This document shows positions 54,127 through 63,703 of a DNA stretch of 64,000 nt, in pieces. Position 1 is the stretch's first letter. Each line of letters starts with the position of its first letter. The notes beneath the pieces are model-generated. The model was not told the origin of the DNA and ran no database searches. It worked only from the letters and a program-made list of their open reading frames with translations. Origin of the DNA: Kofleriaceae bacterium (lineage in GTDB: Bacteria; Myxococcota_A; Polyangia; Haliangiales; Haliangiaceae); the NCBI GenBank assembly GCA_036499725.1, contig DASYDE010000107.1, positions 22,095 through 86,094 on the forward strand, in the 5' to 3' direction. The translations under genes and the position numbers were made by a program.

Positions 54127-55114
54127 GCGGCATCCCCGCGTTCCGCATCGGGCCATGGGCCGCGAGCGCGAGCGTCTGCTCGTCGAAGCCGAACGTCTGC
54201 CCCACGACGTACAGCGGGCGTCCCTTCACTTCTTCGAAGATGCGCGCGATGTACTCGCCCTGGATCCCGTTGGAGATCATCGTGAGGCCGTTGAAGAACA
54301 ACAGCAGCACGAGCAGCGACGCGTAGCCCGGCGCCTTGATGCCGTAGACGAGCTTCTGGACGATCGTGATGCCGAGATACACGAACGCACCGAGCGCGCT
54401 GAGCATCCCAACATACGTCCAGATCTTCAGCGGTGCCGTCGAGAACGAGAACAAGCCGTCGAGCGCGAACCGCCACAGCTTGAAGAAGCTCCACGTCGTC
54501 GCCGTACCGTTCGCACGCTGCCGCGCCTGAAACTCGATCGACGCGACCTTGAAGCCGGGCCACGCGAAGATCCCCTTCATGAACCGATGCTTCTCGGGCA
54601 TGCGGTTGATGACGTCCATGATCTTGCGATCGATGAGACGGAAGTCGCCGGCGTTCGGCGGAATCTCCACCTCCGTCATCGACTTCATGAACCGGTAGTA
54701 CATCTTCGACAGCGAGCGTCGAATGAAGCCCTCTTCGTCGCGCTTGCTGCGCACGCCGAGGACCATGTCGTAACCCTCGCGCCACTTCGCGACGAACTCG
54801 GGAATCAGCTCCACCGGATGCTGCAGATCGCAGTCGATGGGAATGACGGCATCCCCCGTCGCGTGCGCGAGACCCGCGCTGAGCGCGATGTCCTTACCAA
54901 AGTTGCGCGCCAGCCCGACGACCTTGATCCGAGGATCCTGCGACGACGCGGCCGCCATCATCCCCAACGTACCGTCGCGGCTGCCGTCGTTGACGAGGAT
55001 GATCTCGAACGTCTCGCCGATCTTCTCGAGCACGGGCACGATCGCGGCGATGAACGAGGGGAGATTCTTCTCCTCGTTGTACGCGGGCGCCACGATCGAG
55101 ATCACCGGTCGCAT
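54074..55114 (-). CDS. GT2 glycosyltransferase, polyprenyl-phosphate-sugar synthase type (ArnC/GtrB-like)
   Basis: 346 aa from ATG 55114 (MRPVISIVAPAYNEE). VNDGSRDGT and IDCDLQHP (DxD-type) motifs. Two C-terminal TM segments. The 3' end overlaps the convergent hipA by 53 nt. Confidence 0.9.
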   Translation of the reverse strand: MRPVISIVAPAYNEEKNLPSFIAAIVPVLEKIGETFEIILVNDGSRDGTLGMMAAASSQDPRIKVVGLARNFGKDIALSAGLAHATGDAVIPIDCDLQHPVELIPEFVAKWREGYDMVLGVRSKRDEEGFIRRSLSKMYYRFMKSMTEVEIPPNAGDFRLIDRKIMDVINRMPEKHRFMKGIFAWPGFKVASIEFQARQRANGTATTWSFFKLWRFALDGLFSFSTAPLKIWTYVGMLSALGAFVYLGITIVQKLVYGIKAPGYASLLVLLLFFNGLTMISNGIQGEYIARIFEEVKGRPLYVVGQTFGFDEQTLALAAHGPMRNAGMPPTVSSSRAGEASSERSS

Positions 55115-55124
55115 CCCTGCGTTT

Positions 55125-55793
55125 CTACTTCGCTCTAAAGAAATAGTCGAACAGAATGCGGACCGCTTGGAGGGCGCCCTGCCCCTTCGCGCGCGAGTGG
55201 TCCGTGTAGCGGATCGTGACGGGAACCTCGACGACGCGGAGCTGCGCGCGCCGGATCGACCGCAGCAGCTCGGACGCGTGCGCCATGCGGTCCTGTGTGA
55301 TCCGGATCCTACCCGCGACGCTCGCCTTGAACGCACGCAGGCCGCAGTGCGCATCCGTGAGCGAAAGGCCGCTCAACGAGTTGGACACGACTGTCGCGGT
55401 CCGCAGCAGTGCCTTCCGCCCCGCGCCCGCCCCCTCGATCTCCTTGCCCAGAAACCGCGACCCGAGCGCCATATCCGCATCGGCGAGCGCGTCCACGAGC
55501 GTGGGGATGTCCTCCACGCTGTGCTGCCCATCCGCATCGAACGTGACGATCGTCCGCGCCCCGCGCCGCACGGCGTAGTCGATGCCGGTCTGGAGTGCCG
55601 CCCCTTGCCCGAGGTTGATGGCGTGCCGCACGACCGTGACGCCCGGCACCTTGGCAGCCGCCGCCGTGTCATCGCGTGAACCGTCGTCGACGACCACGGT
55701 CGGGTAGCCCGCCGCGACCACGCCCTCCACGACGCCGCGGACGACCTTGCCCTCGTTGAACGCAGCGATCACCACGAACACGTCGGCGTGCAC
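55125..55793 (-). CDS. GT2 glycosyltransferase, short soluble type (PpgS/Rv3631-like architecture)
   Basis: About 222 aa from GTG 55793, preceded by GGAGAGG. FVVIAAFNEG, VDDGSRDDT and FDADGQH motifs; no TM segment. The track start 55943 would collide with the divergent gene start at 55942. Confidence 0.85.
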   Translation of the reverse strand: MHADVFVVIAAFNEGKVVRGVVEGVVAAGYPTVVVDDGSRDDTAAAAKVPGVTVVRHAINLGQGAALQTGIDYAVRRGARTIVTFDADGQHSVEDIPTLVDALADADMALGSRFLGKEIEGAGAGRKALLRTATVVSNSLSGLSLTDAHCGLRAFKASVAGRIRITQDRMAHASELLRSIRRAQLRVVEVPVTIRYTDHSRAKGQGALQAVRILFDYFFRAK

Positions 55794-55941
55794 GGCCGCC
55801 TTATACCTCTCCGCTCGGGGAAGTGGGGAGGTTGCACTGGCTGCGCACGCGGCTCGCGACAGGCTTTCACGGGCGAGACTCCTGTCTTGGGAGGCTGATG
55901 GTGTAACAGTAGCCGCCGCTGTGACGACCTCTGCGCGAGAC

Positions 55942-57342
55942 ATGCTTCGCCGCGGGCTCCCGTGGGTGATGCTGGTCGGAGCCGTCGTCCTGTTCGCGAT
56001 CTACTCGTTCCCCGGGTTCATGAGTGCGGACTCCGCGGAGCAGCTGTTCCAGGCACGCGCGAACCGCTACACCGACTGGCATCCGCCGCTGATGGCCGTG
56101 ATGTGGCACTACGCCGACAAGATCATCGCCGGGCCGGTGCTGATGTGGCTCGCGCAAGGCCTCGGCTTCCTCGTCGGGACGATCCTGATCCTCCGCAGTC
56201 GGTTGAGCCTGCGCCGCTCGGTAGTCGTCGCCTCGTTGATCTTCGTCTCGCCTCCGATGCTGTCGCAGCTTGCCGTCGTTTGGAAGGACTGCCAGATGGC
56301 GGCGTTCTTCGTGCTGGGCGCGGGCCTGCTCGCCTTGCGCAAACCACGGTGGACGGTCGTCGGCTGCATACTGCTTGCGATCGCCACCGCGGAGCGCGTG
56401 AACGCTCCCGCTGCGAGCTTGCCGCTTGTGCTCGGGATGTTCCAATGGAAAGCCGCGTGGTCGCGCTCGAGGAATGCAGTCGTCGGGTTCGGCGTGTGGG
56501 TAGTGATCGTGCTCGCGGGTCTCGGCGTGAACCGCGCGTTCACGGACGAGGAGACACACCCGTGGCACTCCTCGCTAGCGCTGTTCGATATCGTTGGCAC
56601 GCTGCGCTGGCAGGGCGGTGCGTCGGACGCGGAGTTGCGGAGGATCCTCGACGGGATTCCGAACACGCCCCACGACCAGATCCGGCACCGATTTGTTCAG
56701 GTCTACACGCCTGTGGTCTGGTGGCAGCTCTCCCACGCGGAGACTGCAGTGATCGGCACACCTGTAACGCCAGAGCAGCGCGCGGCCGTCTCACGCGCCT
56801 GGCGCGAATCGATCGCGCGGTTCCCGCGGGCCTACGTGCGCCATCGGGGCCTGGTGATCCGGAACTTGCTCGGGTTGATCGACGACGTGCCTATGGGAGC
56901 AGTGTGGCGAGTTCGAGGAGCTCCGGAGTCACTCCTCCCGCTGAAGCTCGATCCCCACTCACCCGCGTCGCAGACCGCGCTCGGGGATGCGATGGAGTCC
57001 GTGCAGGACACGCTGCCGTTTCGAGCGTGGCTCTACTTCGCCATCTCACTGGCACTACTGTGGTTCGCGCGAAGGGACACGCTCGTGTTCTCGCTGGTCG
57101 CGAGCGGCGTGCTCTACGAATGTACGCTGTTCATCGCGGCCCCATCCTCGGACTTCCGTTATTCCCATTGGATGATCGCGACATCGATCATTGCGGCTAT
57201 CCTGTTTTTCACGTCTCGGTGGCGGATGGGGCGGCGCAAGGATCGCCTCGCGCGCGACCAACGAATCAGCCAACCGTGGGGGCCGGATAGCACGCCGCGA
57301 CGCCCTCCACCACGTGACGGATATGTGATACCGAGCCCTTAG
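55942..57342 (+). CDS. polytopic membrane protein, GT-C-like family A paralog 2
   Basis: 466 aa from ATG 55942 (MLRRGLPWVMLVGAVVLFAIYS). Motifs FPGFMSADS, DWHPP, AGPVLM, PPML...VWKDCQMAA, DFRYSHWMI. Confidence 0.75.
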   Translation: MLRRGLPWVMLVGAVVLFAIYSFPGFMSADSAEQLFQARANRYTDWHPPLMAVMWHYADKIIAGPVLMWLAQGLGFLVGTILILRSRLSLRRSVVVASLIFVSPPMLSQLAVVWKDCQMAAFFVLGAGLLALRKPRWTVVGCILLAIATAERVNAPAASLPLVLGMFQWKAAWSRSRNAVVGFGVWVVIVLAGLGVNRAFTDEETHPWHSSLALFDIVGTLRWQGGASDAELRRILDGIPNTPHDQIRHRFVQVYTPVVWWQLSHAETAVIGTPVTPEQRAAVSRAWRESIARFPRAYVRHRGLVIRNLLGLIDDVPMGAVWRVRGAPESLLPLKLDPHSPASQTALGDAMESVQDTLPFRAWLYFAISLALLWFARRDTLVFSLVASGVLYECTLFIAAPSSDFRYSHWMIATSIIAAILFFTSRWRMGRRKDRLARDQRISQPWGPDSTPRRPPPRDGYVIPSP

Positions 57343-57343
57343 C

Positions 57344-59194
57344 GTGACCAACCGTCGCTGGTTTGCCCTCGGGCTAGCCGTCCTCTGGGCGCTGCTGTTC
57401 GTGCAGGCGCTCCAGGTCCCAGTGCTCCTGGACGACTGGTACCAGCTCACGTGGTACCGCCACCACGACCTCTCCCTGTCGTCGGTCTGGGACTACTACT
57501 CGTACAACTACTTCCACTTCAATCCGCGTGTTGGCGACGCGTTCCTGATGATCCTGAATGGCCCGCGGATCATCCACGTCATCGTCACGCCGATCGTGGA
57601 GCTCGCGCTGCTGTGGTTCGCGTTCGCGATCGCGTTCGCGCGCTGGCCTAAGGCGACCAAGCGGGACATGCAGCTGCTGCTCGTCCTGCAGGTCTTCATC
57701 TGGATCATCGTGCCCATCCCGGGCGTGATCTATTTCTACCGCCCGTTCACGACGAACTATCTCTACGCGTTCGCCACGACGCTCGCGCTGTTCGTTCCGT
57801 ACCGCCTCGCACTCACGACGGCCATTCCACCGCGTCGCCTGTGGCTCATCCCGATCATGTTCGTCGTCGGCTGGCTCGCCGGCATGAGCAACGAGCACAC
57901 GGGCATGACGGCGTGCGCTGCGATGGCGGGCTTCGTGATCTGGGCGTGGCGCACCCAGCGTCTGCGGGCGTGGATGATCTCCGGCGCGGTGGGCCTGTTC
58001 ATCGGCTATCCGATGCTGCTCAAGGCGCCGGGCCAGGCCGAGCGTTACGCCGGTGTCGCCAACCGCATGACGCCGCTCAAGCTCCTCAAGGACCGCGGCT
58101 TCGACGGGTGCTGGGGCATCGTCATGGACTTCGTCGGCGAAGCGCAGATCGGCACGATGATGTTCGTCGGTGGCGTGCTGCTCTACGTCTACGCTCGTCG
58201 CCGAGCCAAGCAATCGCTCACCCCGCTACCGCAGCAAACGCTCACGTGGGCGCTGCTGATCACGCTCGCCGCGGGAATGATCGTCTGCACGATGTTCGGC
58301 TCACCTACGTTCGGCGAGCGCTTGCTCCTCGCATCGAGCGTGTTGCTCGCCGCCGTCTACACGAGCGTGTGGGCGCACTTGTTCGAGGACCGCCTCACAC
58401 GCCGCGTGTTGCTCACCGCGTGCGGCGTGATCTTCGCGTACCACGCCGTGCGCTACGTGCAGGTCTATCACGCAGTTCTCCAGGAGAACGACGCGCGCAT
58501 CGCTGCGATCAAGGCCACGCCCAAGGGCCAGGTAGCGATCGTCAAGCCGTACAAGTACCGCCAGCGCACGCGATGGCACTGGGGCGACGACTTCCGCTAT
58601 GCGTCGCTGCGTCAGTACGTTGCAAACGAGGTGTACGACGCGAGCGACATTCGCATCGTGCCGATGCCGGGATGGGCGCAACCGATTCCCGAGGATCACT
58701 ACGTCGCGCACCGCACGTTCGATCCGCCGCTGTCGCCGGAAGAGGACGCGAAGCTCGATCCCAACTACATCCCCACGTACTGGGAGTGGGACGTCGTGCA
58801 GCTGCGCCGCGCGTTGCACTGGGGACCGCTGAACATTCCCGGCCACGCGCTCGTGCACTACGTCGTCGAGTCTGTGGGCCTCACGTTCGATGATCCCAAG
58901 CACCGCCCCCTGCGCGTGATGGAGTGGACGCCGAAGAAGACCACCACCGTCGATAGCTACCCGTACAACGACGAAGGCGGGCGACAGTTCCTTCGCACGT
59001 TCGTCGACACGGTGCCCGTCGATACGACCGAGGTCTACACCGTCGGCTGCATGGGCCAGCGCAAGGTCGCGATGCTGCCCGCGCCGCAAGCAGGCGGTCT
59101 GCTCATCCCGATCGAGCCCGGATGCCGCCGCATCACGACGGCCGTCATCTGCGAGCCCGACGTGTGCTGGGTCTCCGGAAGGTACATGCCGTGA
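57344..59194 (+). CDS. polytopic membrane protein, GT-C-like family B paralog 2
   Basis: 616 aa with a GTG start 1 nt after the upstream stop. LLDDWYQL, FNPRVGD and VTPIVE motifs. About 380 aa of TM region, then a soluble C-terminal domain (HWGDDFRY). Confidence 0.75.
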   Translation: MTNRRWFALGLAVLWALLFVQALQVPVLLDDWYQLTWYRHHDLSLSSVWDYYSYNYFHFNPRVGDAFLMILNGPRIIHVIVTPIVELALLWFAFAIAFARWPKATKRDMQLLLVLQVFIWIIVPIPGVIYFYRPFTTNYLYAFATTLALFVPYRLALTTAIPPRRLWLIPIMFVVGWLAGMSNEHTGMTACAAMAGFVIWAWRTQRLRAWMISGAVGLFIGYPMLLKAPGQAERYAGVANRMTPLKLLKDRGFDGCWGIVMDFVGEAQIGTMMFVGGVLLYVYARRRAKQSLTPLPQQTLTWALLITLAAGMIVCTMFGSPTFGERLLLASSVLLAAVYTSVWAHLFEDRLTRRVLLTACGVIFAYHAVRYVQVYHAVLQENDARIAAIKATPKGQVAIVKPYKYRQRTRWHWGDDFRYASLRQYVANEVYDASDIRIVPMPGWAQPIPEDHYVAHRTFDPPLSPEEDAKLDPNYIPTYWEWDVVQLRRALHWGPLNIPGHALVHYVVESVGLTFDDPKHRPLRVMEWTPKKTTTVDSYPYNDEGGRQFLRTFVDTVPVDTTEVYTVGCMGQRKVAMLPAPQAGGLLIPIEPGCRRITTAVICEPDVCWVSGRYMP

Positions 59195-60951
59195 AGTCGC
59201 GGTACGGCGCAACGGCGTTTGCTGCTCTCACGTTCGTCGTGCACGCGACGTTCGCGTGGCTCTATCCGATGCTGCGCGACGACTGGACGGCGCTGCTGTG
59301 GAAAGCGGAGCACGCCGACTACCACCCCGGCGGTTGGGCGCTGTCGTTCCTCGGCTCGCACTTCACGCTCGGCGAGCTGTTCACGTACGTCCTCGCTGTC
59401 GCACCACTGCTGCACGTCGTGCTCACACCGATCGTCTTCCTGCTGATGATCTGGGGAATCCTGTGCGCATCGCAGCGCCGGCTCGTGCGCTTCGACACGT
59501 GGAGCGACGTCGGGCTCCTCGTCGCCGCCTCGACGCTGTGGTGGGTCGCGCAGCCGCACGGAGGCATCGCCGTCTCCGAGCGCGACATGGTGGCGCTGTA
59601 TCTCTACGGAACCACCATCGGGGTATGGCTGTACGCCGCGTACGTCTGTGGCTGGGAGATCCGCGGACGCCGCACGATCCTCGTCACCGTCGCCGCGTTC
59701 CTCGTCGGTCTCGCGTCGCGCCAGATCGCGGTCGTCGGCACGGTGTGGTCGATGTGGTTTGTCCTCGGCAAGCCGCGCCATGAACGCCTGCGCTGGCACT
59801 GGGCCGTCGCGATCGCGCTGCTCGTCGGCACGATCGTCGGCTACCTCGACACGCCCCGCTTCACGATCCCGCGCAGCGACTTCGATCAAAACGCGAACTT
59901 TGTCTTCCAGTCCCTGCGCGAGAACGGCGAGCTCGTCACGCTGATGATGGTCTTCGCGTTCGCGAAGCTCTTGCTCGACCGCCGCGCAAACGTCGCCTCT
60001 GTCGACGAGCTTCCCGACACCGCGCCCGCGTTCCGCTGCCTCTGGATCGCGGTCGGCGTGGAGATCATCTCGATCTGGGGCCCGCGCTTCACGGAGTCCT
60101 CGCTGCTCCCCGCCTCGGTCCTCCTCGCGATCGGCGCCGTACCGTTCATCACCTGGCTCGCGCGCACACCGCTCGTGAAAAAGGCGCTGTTCGTCGTGCT
60201 TCCGATGATCCTCGTCGCGACATGGATCAACGGCCTGCTGATGCTCACGCACATCCACGGCATCTACGCCGATCGTATGGACGCCATCGCAGCCGCGCCG
60301 CGCGACTCCATCGCCCAGGTCCCGCCGTACGACATGTTCTCGACGGACTGGTTCACCGGCGAGGACTGGAGCAGCACGTCCCTCCGCGAGCGCGTCGCCA
60401 TCGACATCTTCCACCTCGAGGACATCGAGTACACCGCACCGTTCGGAGCGCTCGAGCGTAACCCGCGCCTCGCCGTGGAGATGCACCTCGAGGGCCGGCC
60501 GGCCGAGGCGAGCAAGCAGGTTCCCGTCCCGCAACGCTGGGCGTCCAACATCAGCGTCGCGCGCGCTCAGTTCGAGCGGTTCGTGCGGTCCCTGCACCGC
60601 GCCGGCTACACGGACTTCTCCGCGACGCTCTCCGTGAAGCTCGAGAACCCGCGCGCGAACGGACGGCCGCTGCTGCTCGCTCGCGTCGACAAGGGCACGC
60701 TCGTCTCTCCGCGCGTGTCGCGCGGCAACCCGAACGTCGACGGGACCATCAAGTTCAAGATCCGCAACCTCCCCTCCGCATACGGAGAGCGCTTCCTGAT
60801 CACGGCCGGCGTCGTGACCGACCTGCCCGCAACGCAGAGCGCGTTCGAGCTCCAGCCGCAGACCATCGATCGCCACACGCTCATCACGTGCTCGACGGTG
60901 GACTGCCTCGTGCTCGATTCCTTCATTCCCAAAGCAACCGCCCCGCAGTGA
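59191..60951 (+). CDS. polytopic membrane protein, GT-C-like family B paralog 3
   Basis: 586 aa from GTG 59191 (GTGA overlap). LRDDWTAL and LTPIVF motifs, with a C-terminal domain (DWFTGEDW). The track start is 59122. Confidence 0.75.
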   Translation: MKSRYGATAFAALTFVVHATFAWLYPMLRDDWTALLWKAEHADYHPGGWALSFLGSHFTLGELFTYVLAVAPLLHVVLTPIVFLLMIWGILCASQRRLVRFDTWSDVGLLVAASTLWWVAQPHGGIAVSERDMVALYLYGTTIGVWLYAAYVCGWEIRGRRTILVTVAAFLVGLASRQIAVVGTVWSMWFVLGKPRHERLRWHWAVAIALLVGTIVGYLDTPRFTIPRSDFDQNANFVFQSLRENGELVTLMMVFAFAKLLLDRRANVASVDELPDTAPAFRCLWIAVGVEIISIWGPRFTESSLLPASVLLAIGAVPFITWLARTPLVKKALFVVLPMILVATWINGLLMLTHIHGIYADRMDAIAAAPRDSIAQVPPYDMFSTDWFTGEDWSSTSLRERVAIDIFHLEDIEYTAPFGALERNPRLAVEMHLEGRPAEASKQVPVPQRWASNISVARAQFERFVRSLHRAGYTDFSATLSVKLENPRANGRPLLLARVDKGTLVSPRVSRGNPNVDGTIKFKIRNLPSAYGERFLITAGVVTDLPATQSAFELQPQTIDRHTLITCSTVDCLVLDSFIPKATAPQ

Positions 60952-60970
60952 CGGCGTATAACGAGCCGGC

Positions 60971-61339
60971 ATGTTGATCCGGATCATCCTCATCGGCGCG
61001 ATGGCCGCGACGGGATGGTTCGTGTTCCGCCGGCGCCACCGCCTGCCGATCCACATCATGCTCGTGTTCGGCCTCCTGACGGTCGGCGCGCTCGCCGTCA
61101 TCTTCCCGCTCGCGACCACCGACGTCGCCCACTTCCTGGGCGTCGGTCGCGGCACCGACCTCATCACGTACATCGCGATCGTGACCGTGATGTTCGTGCT
61201 GGTGCACTACTACACCAAGTTCGTCGAGCTACAGACGCAGGTCACGCAGCTGACGCGGGAGCTGGCGATTCTGCGAGCGGAAGTGGATCGGGTGGCGCCG
61301 CCGGAGAAGGCTCCGGCCGACGAAACCGCCGCCAGCTGA
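60971..61339 (+). CDS. small membrane protein, DUF2304-like (Rv3632-type partner of GT2 enzymes)
   Basis: 122 aa. Three to four TM segments, then an amphipathic or coiled tail (ELQTQVTQLTRELAILRAEV), the typical DUF2304 layout. Confidence 0.7.
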   Translation: MLIRIILIGAMAATGWFVFRRRHRLPIHIMLVFGLLTVGALAVIFPLATTDVAHFLGVGRGTDLITYIAIVTVMFVLVHYYTKFVELQTQVTQLTRELAILRAEVDRVAPPEKAPADETAAS

Positions 61340-62336
61340 GCGCCGCCGCGAGCAGCGTGCTGATGATCAGCCAGTTCGAGTGCTCGAACCGCGGAGCGCC
61401 ATCGACCCAGTAGAGCGCGAGCTCGTGCGCCATGCCGCTCGCCGCAATTGCGAAGGGAAGCGGGTCCCGACGGATCGCGAGAAACCCGAATAGCGCCACT
61501 TCGAGAATGAAGTAGACCAACGGATAGAACAGCGGAGTCTTGCCGGATGCGCGGACGATCTTCTCGATAGCGCTCTGCACGCGGGAATGCTTGGCGACCA
61601 CGTGAAGCTGCTTGCCGACATCTTTGCTGATAACGAACCGCGTGTACGTGGGCCGCCACGTGCGCACAGGGCTAGTGCCGAGCGTTTGGGCAAATGCCAT
61701 CCCACGATCGGTGCGAACTTTGGAATGTTCGTCTCCATCGACGAGCGCCTTGTTAACGCCGACAGATATGAAGGCAAGCGTCACGGTCGCGATGAGCGCA
61801 GCACCAATTTGCCTCCAGCGCGTGGAGAGACGAATCGGCAACGCGATCGCAAGCAACGGAAATGCCGCGGCCGCACCGAGAGGCCGCACACATCCTGCGA
61901 CGAGTAGCGCGATACCGCCGGCAATCTGCGCGGGCCTATTCTTGGCGCGAAGTCCGACGAGTCCGAGCAGTAGAAACGCTACGAACTGGGCGTCAGGACA
62001 GATGATCGATGATGTCGCCAGAACCGGAGGCAGTAACAACAACGCCCCAGCGAGATAGGCCGACGCGCGATCGGATAGTGCGCCGCGCATGAGGTGATAG
62101 GCGCACAGCAACAATGCGGTGCCCTGAAGCAAGAACATCCCGGATGGTCCCGCGATGAACCACTCCATTACGCTCCACAACGACGTCATTGTTGGCGACT
62201 GAGCACCCGAGTACCAGGCGCTTCGCGCGTCCGCGAGCATGTTTACGCCGTACTCGTCGACGTAACCGGGATATGCCGCGCAGACGAAGACCAACCACGC
62301 CGTCAGCAGGATCGTGTTCGGAGTCCAACGTTTCAC
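61242..62336 (-). CDS. polytopic membrane protein, family A paralog 3 (motif-degenerate)
   Basis: 364 aa from GTG 62336 (GTGA overlap with the upstream stop). Colinear with family A, but the motifs are altered: DS to EY, HPP to QSP, WKD to CPD, DYRYSHW to RFEHSNW. The 3' end overlaps the convergent DUF2304 gene by 98 nt. Confidence 0.65.
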   Translation of the reverse strand: MKRWTPNTILLTAWLVFVCAAYPGYVDEYGVNMLADARSAWYSGAQSPTMTSLWSVMEWFIAGPSGMFLLQGTALLLCAYHLMRGALSDRASAYLAGALLLLPPVLATSSIICPDAQFVAFLLLGLVGLRAKNRPAQIAGGIALLVAGCVRPLGAAAAFPLLAIALPIRLSTRWRQIGAALIATVTLAFISVGVNKALVDGDEHSKVRTDRGMAFAQTLGTSPVRTWRPTYTRFVISKDVGKQLHVVAKHSRVQSAIEKIVRASGKTPLFYPLVYFILEVALFGFLAIRRDPLPFAIAASGMAHELALYWVDGAPRFEHSNWLIISTLLAAALSWRRFRRPEPSPAAPPDPLPLAESPAPASAA

Positions 62337-63661
62337 TCGCGCCTCCTCGTCAGCCGCTGCTTCACCATCAGGACAACTGCGATCGACACGCTCGTGATCA
62401 ACCAATGCGAGTAGCGATAGTCTGGATTCGCGCCGGCGGGAAAAAAACTGAACTCGTAGAGAACGCCGCTAAGGAGCAGTGCTGCCGGCAAACGAGCGCG
62501 GCACAGCGCAAGTCCGACGACGACCGCGAGTAGTGCGTAAAACCAAGGCGAAAACAGCGGCGTGTGGACACCGATCCAGTACACGACTACGGAGACCCGC
62601 CACTGAAAGCGCGACCACGTCGCATCGTGGTCGATCATGTCGACTTGGTTCCCCGAATCCTCGAGGAACCAATTCCACATAATTCCCGGCGGATGTTCTG
62701 GATTCATCCCGAGGAGGTCTTGGAAATCGTTCCAGTGGTACGCGAGGTACGCCCCCGGATCGCCCAGCACCAGATCTTTCCAGGCTCTGCTCAACGCAGC
62801 TGACTCTTCCGGCGTCTCCGCAAGACGGAACATTCGCTCGTCGCCTTGCGTGATGCGGTAGGCGCCGCGCAACGCGTACAGGATTCGCGCTTGCGGTTGA
62901 AAGCCGTGGTCGATCACGAGCGGGGTGCCTCGAAGGACCTCGCGCAAGTCGTCGTCGGATCGGGTGTCACCGAACGCGATGACGCCGACGATGTCGGACC
63001 ACATCGGGGTAAGTTGAACGTGCGAGGTTGTGAGCACCCGACTAACGCCAAACGTGAGTCCGACAAGAACGACAGCCGCGCCACCAACCACCGCGAGGCG
63101 ACGCGCCAGACGCATGCCCGACCTCAGCTCGAAGACGAGCAAGATGATCGGAAACACCGCGACGAGACCGTTGTGACGGACGAGAGCCGCGATGATCAGG
63201 AGAACGAGTCCAAAGATGCGCGCTCGGAGTCGGGGTTGGAGGAGGTAGCCCGTCCCGGCAACGAGGTACGCGGCCATCTGGGCGTCCTTCCAGATCACGG
63301 CCATCACCGACAGTATTGGCGGAAACAGCAACGTGCCGATCGCTGCCCATGCAGCTCCGCGCGGGCAGAACGCTCGCTCGAAGATCATGCGAGCTCCGAC
63401 GAGAAACAGTCCGCCTTGCAGCAGGAACATCAAGACGGGGCCAGCGATGATGCGGTCCAGGAGCGACCACTCGGCGGCCATGAACGGCGGATGCCCGTCG
63501 GAGAACGTGAGCGCGCGCGCCTCCAGTAGCTGGTTCACCGAGTCGTTGCTCATGTACCCGGGAAACCCGTAGAGCACGAACAGAGCGAACCCGAAGAGCA
63601 GGATCTGGCGTGGGGACCGCGCCGCCACCCACACCTTTACGCGCTCGAACAACTGACCCAC
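62333..63661 (-). CDS. polytopic membrane protein, GT-C-like family A paralog 4
   Basis: 442 aa with a GTG start. Motifs FPGYMSNDS, DGHPP, AGPVLM, PPIL...IWKDAQMAA, DYRYSHWLI. Confidence 0.75.
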   Translation of the reverse strand: MGQLFERVKVWVAARSPRQILLFGFALFVLYGFPGYMSNDSVNQLLEARALTFSDGHPPFMAAEWSLLDRIIAGPVLMFLLQGGLFLVGARMIFERAFCPRGAAWAAIGTLLFPPILSVMAVIWKDAQMAAYLVAGTGYLLQPRLRARIFGLVLLIIAALVRHNGLVAVFPIILLVFELRSGMRLARRLAVVGGAAVVLVGLTFGVSRVLTTSHVQLTPMWSDIVGVIAFGDTRSDDDLREVLRGTPLVIDHGFQPQARILYALRGAYRITQGDERMFRLAETPEESAALSRAWKDLVLGDPGAYLAYHWNDFQDLLGMNPEHPPGIMWNWFLEDSGNQVDMIDHDATWSRFQWRVSVVVYWIGVHTPLFSPWFYALLAVVVGLALCRARLPAALLLSGVLYEFSFFPAGANPDYRYSHWLITSVSIAVVLMVKQRLTRRRE

Positions 63662-63703
63662 GCCTTGCCGAGCCTACAACACGCGTGATTCTCTCGCGGC
63701 AGC

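Noticed and set aside
59035-61173. 712-aa minus-strand ORF antisense to family B paralog 3
   Set aside because: Arg/Asp/Glu/His-rich shadow sequence. The plus strand encodes a polytopic protein that is clearly paralogous to two other genes in the window.
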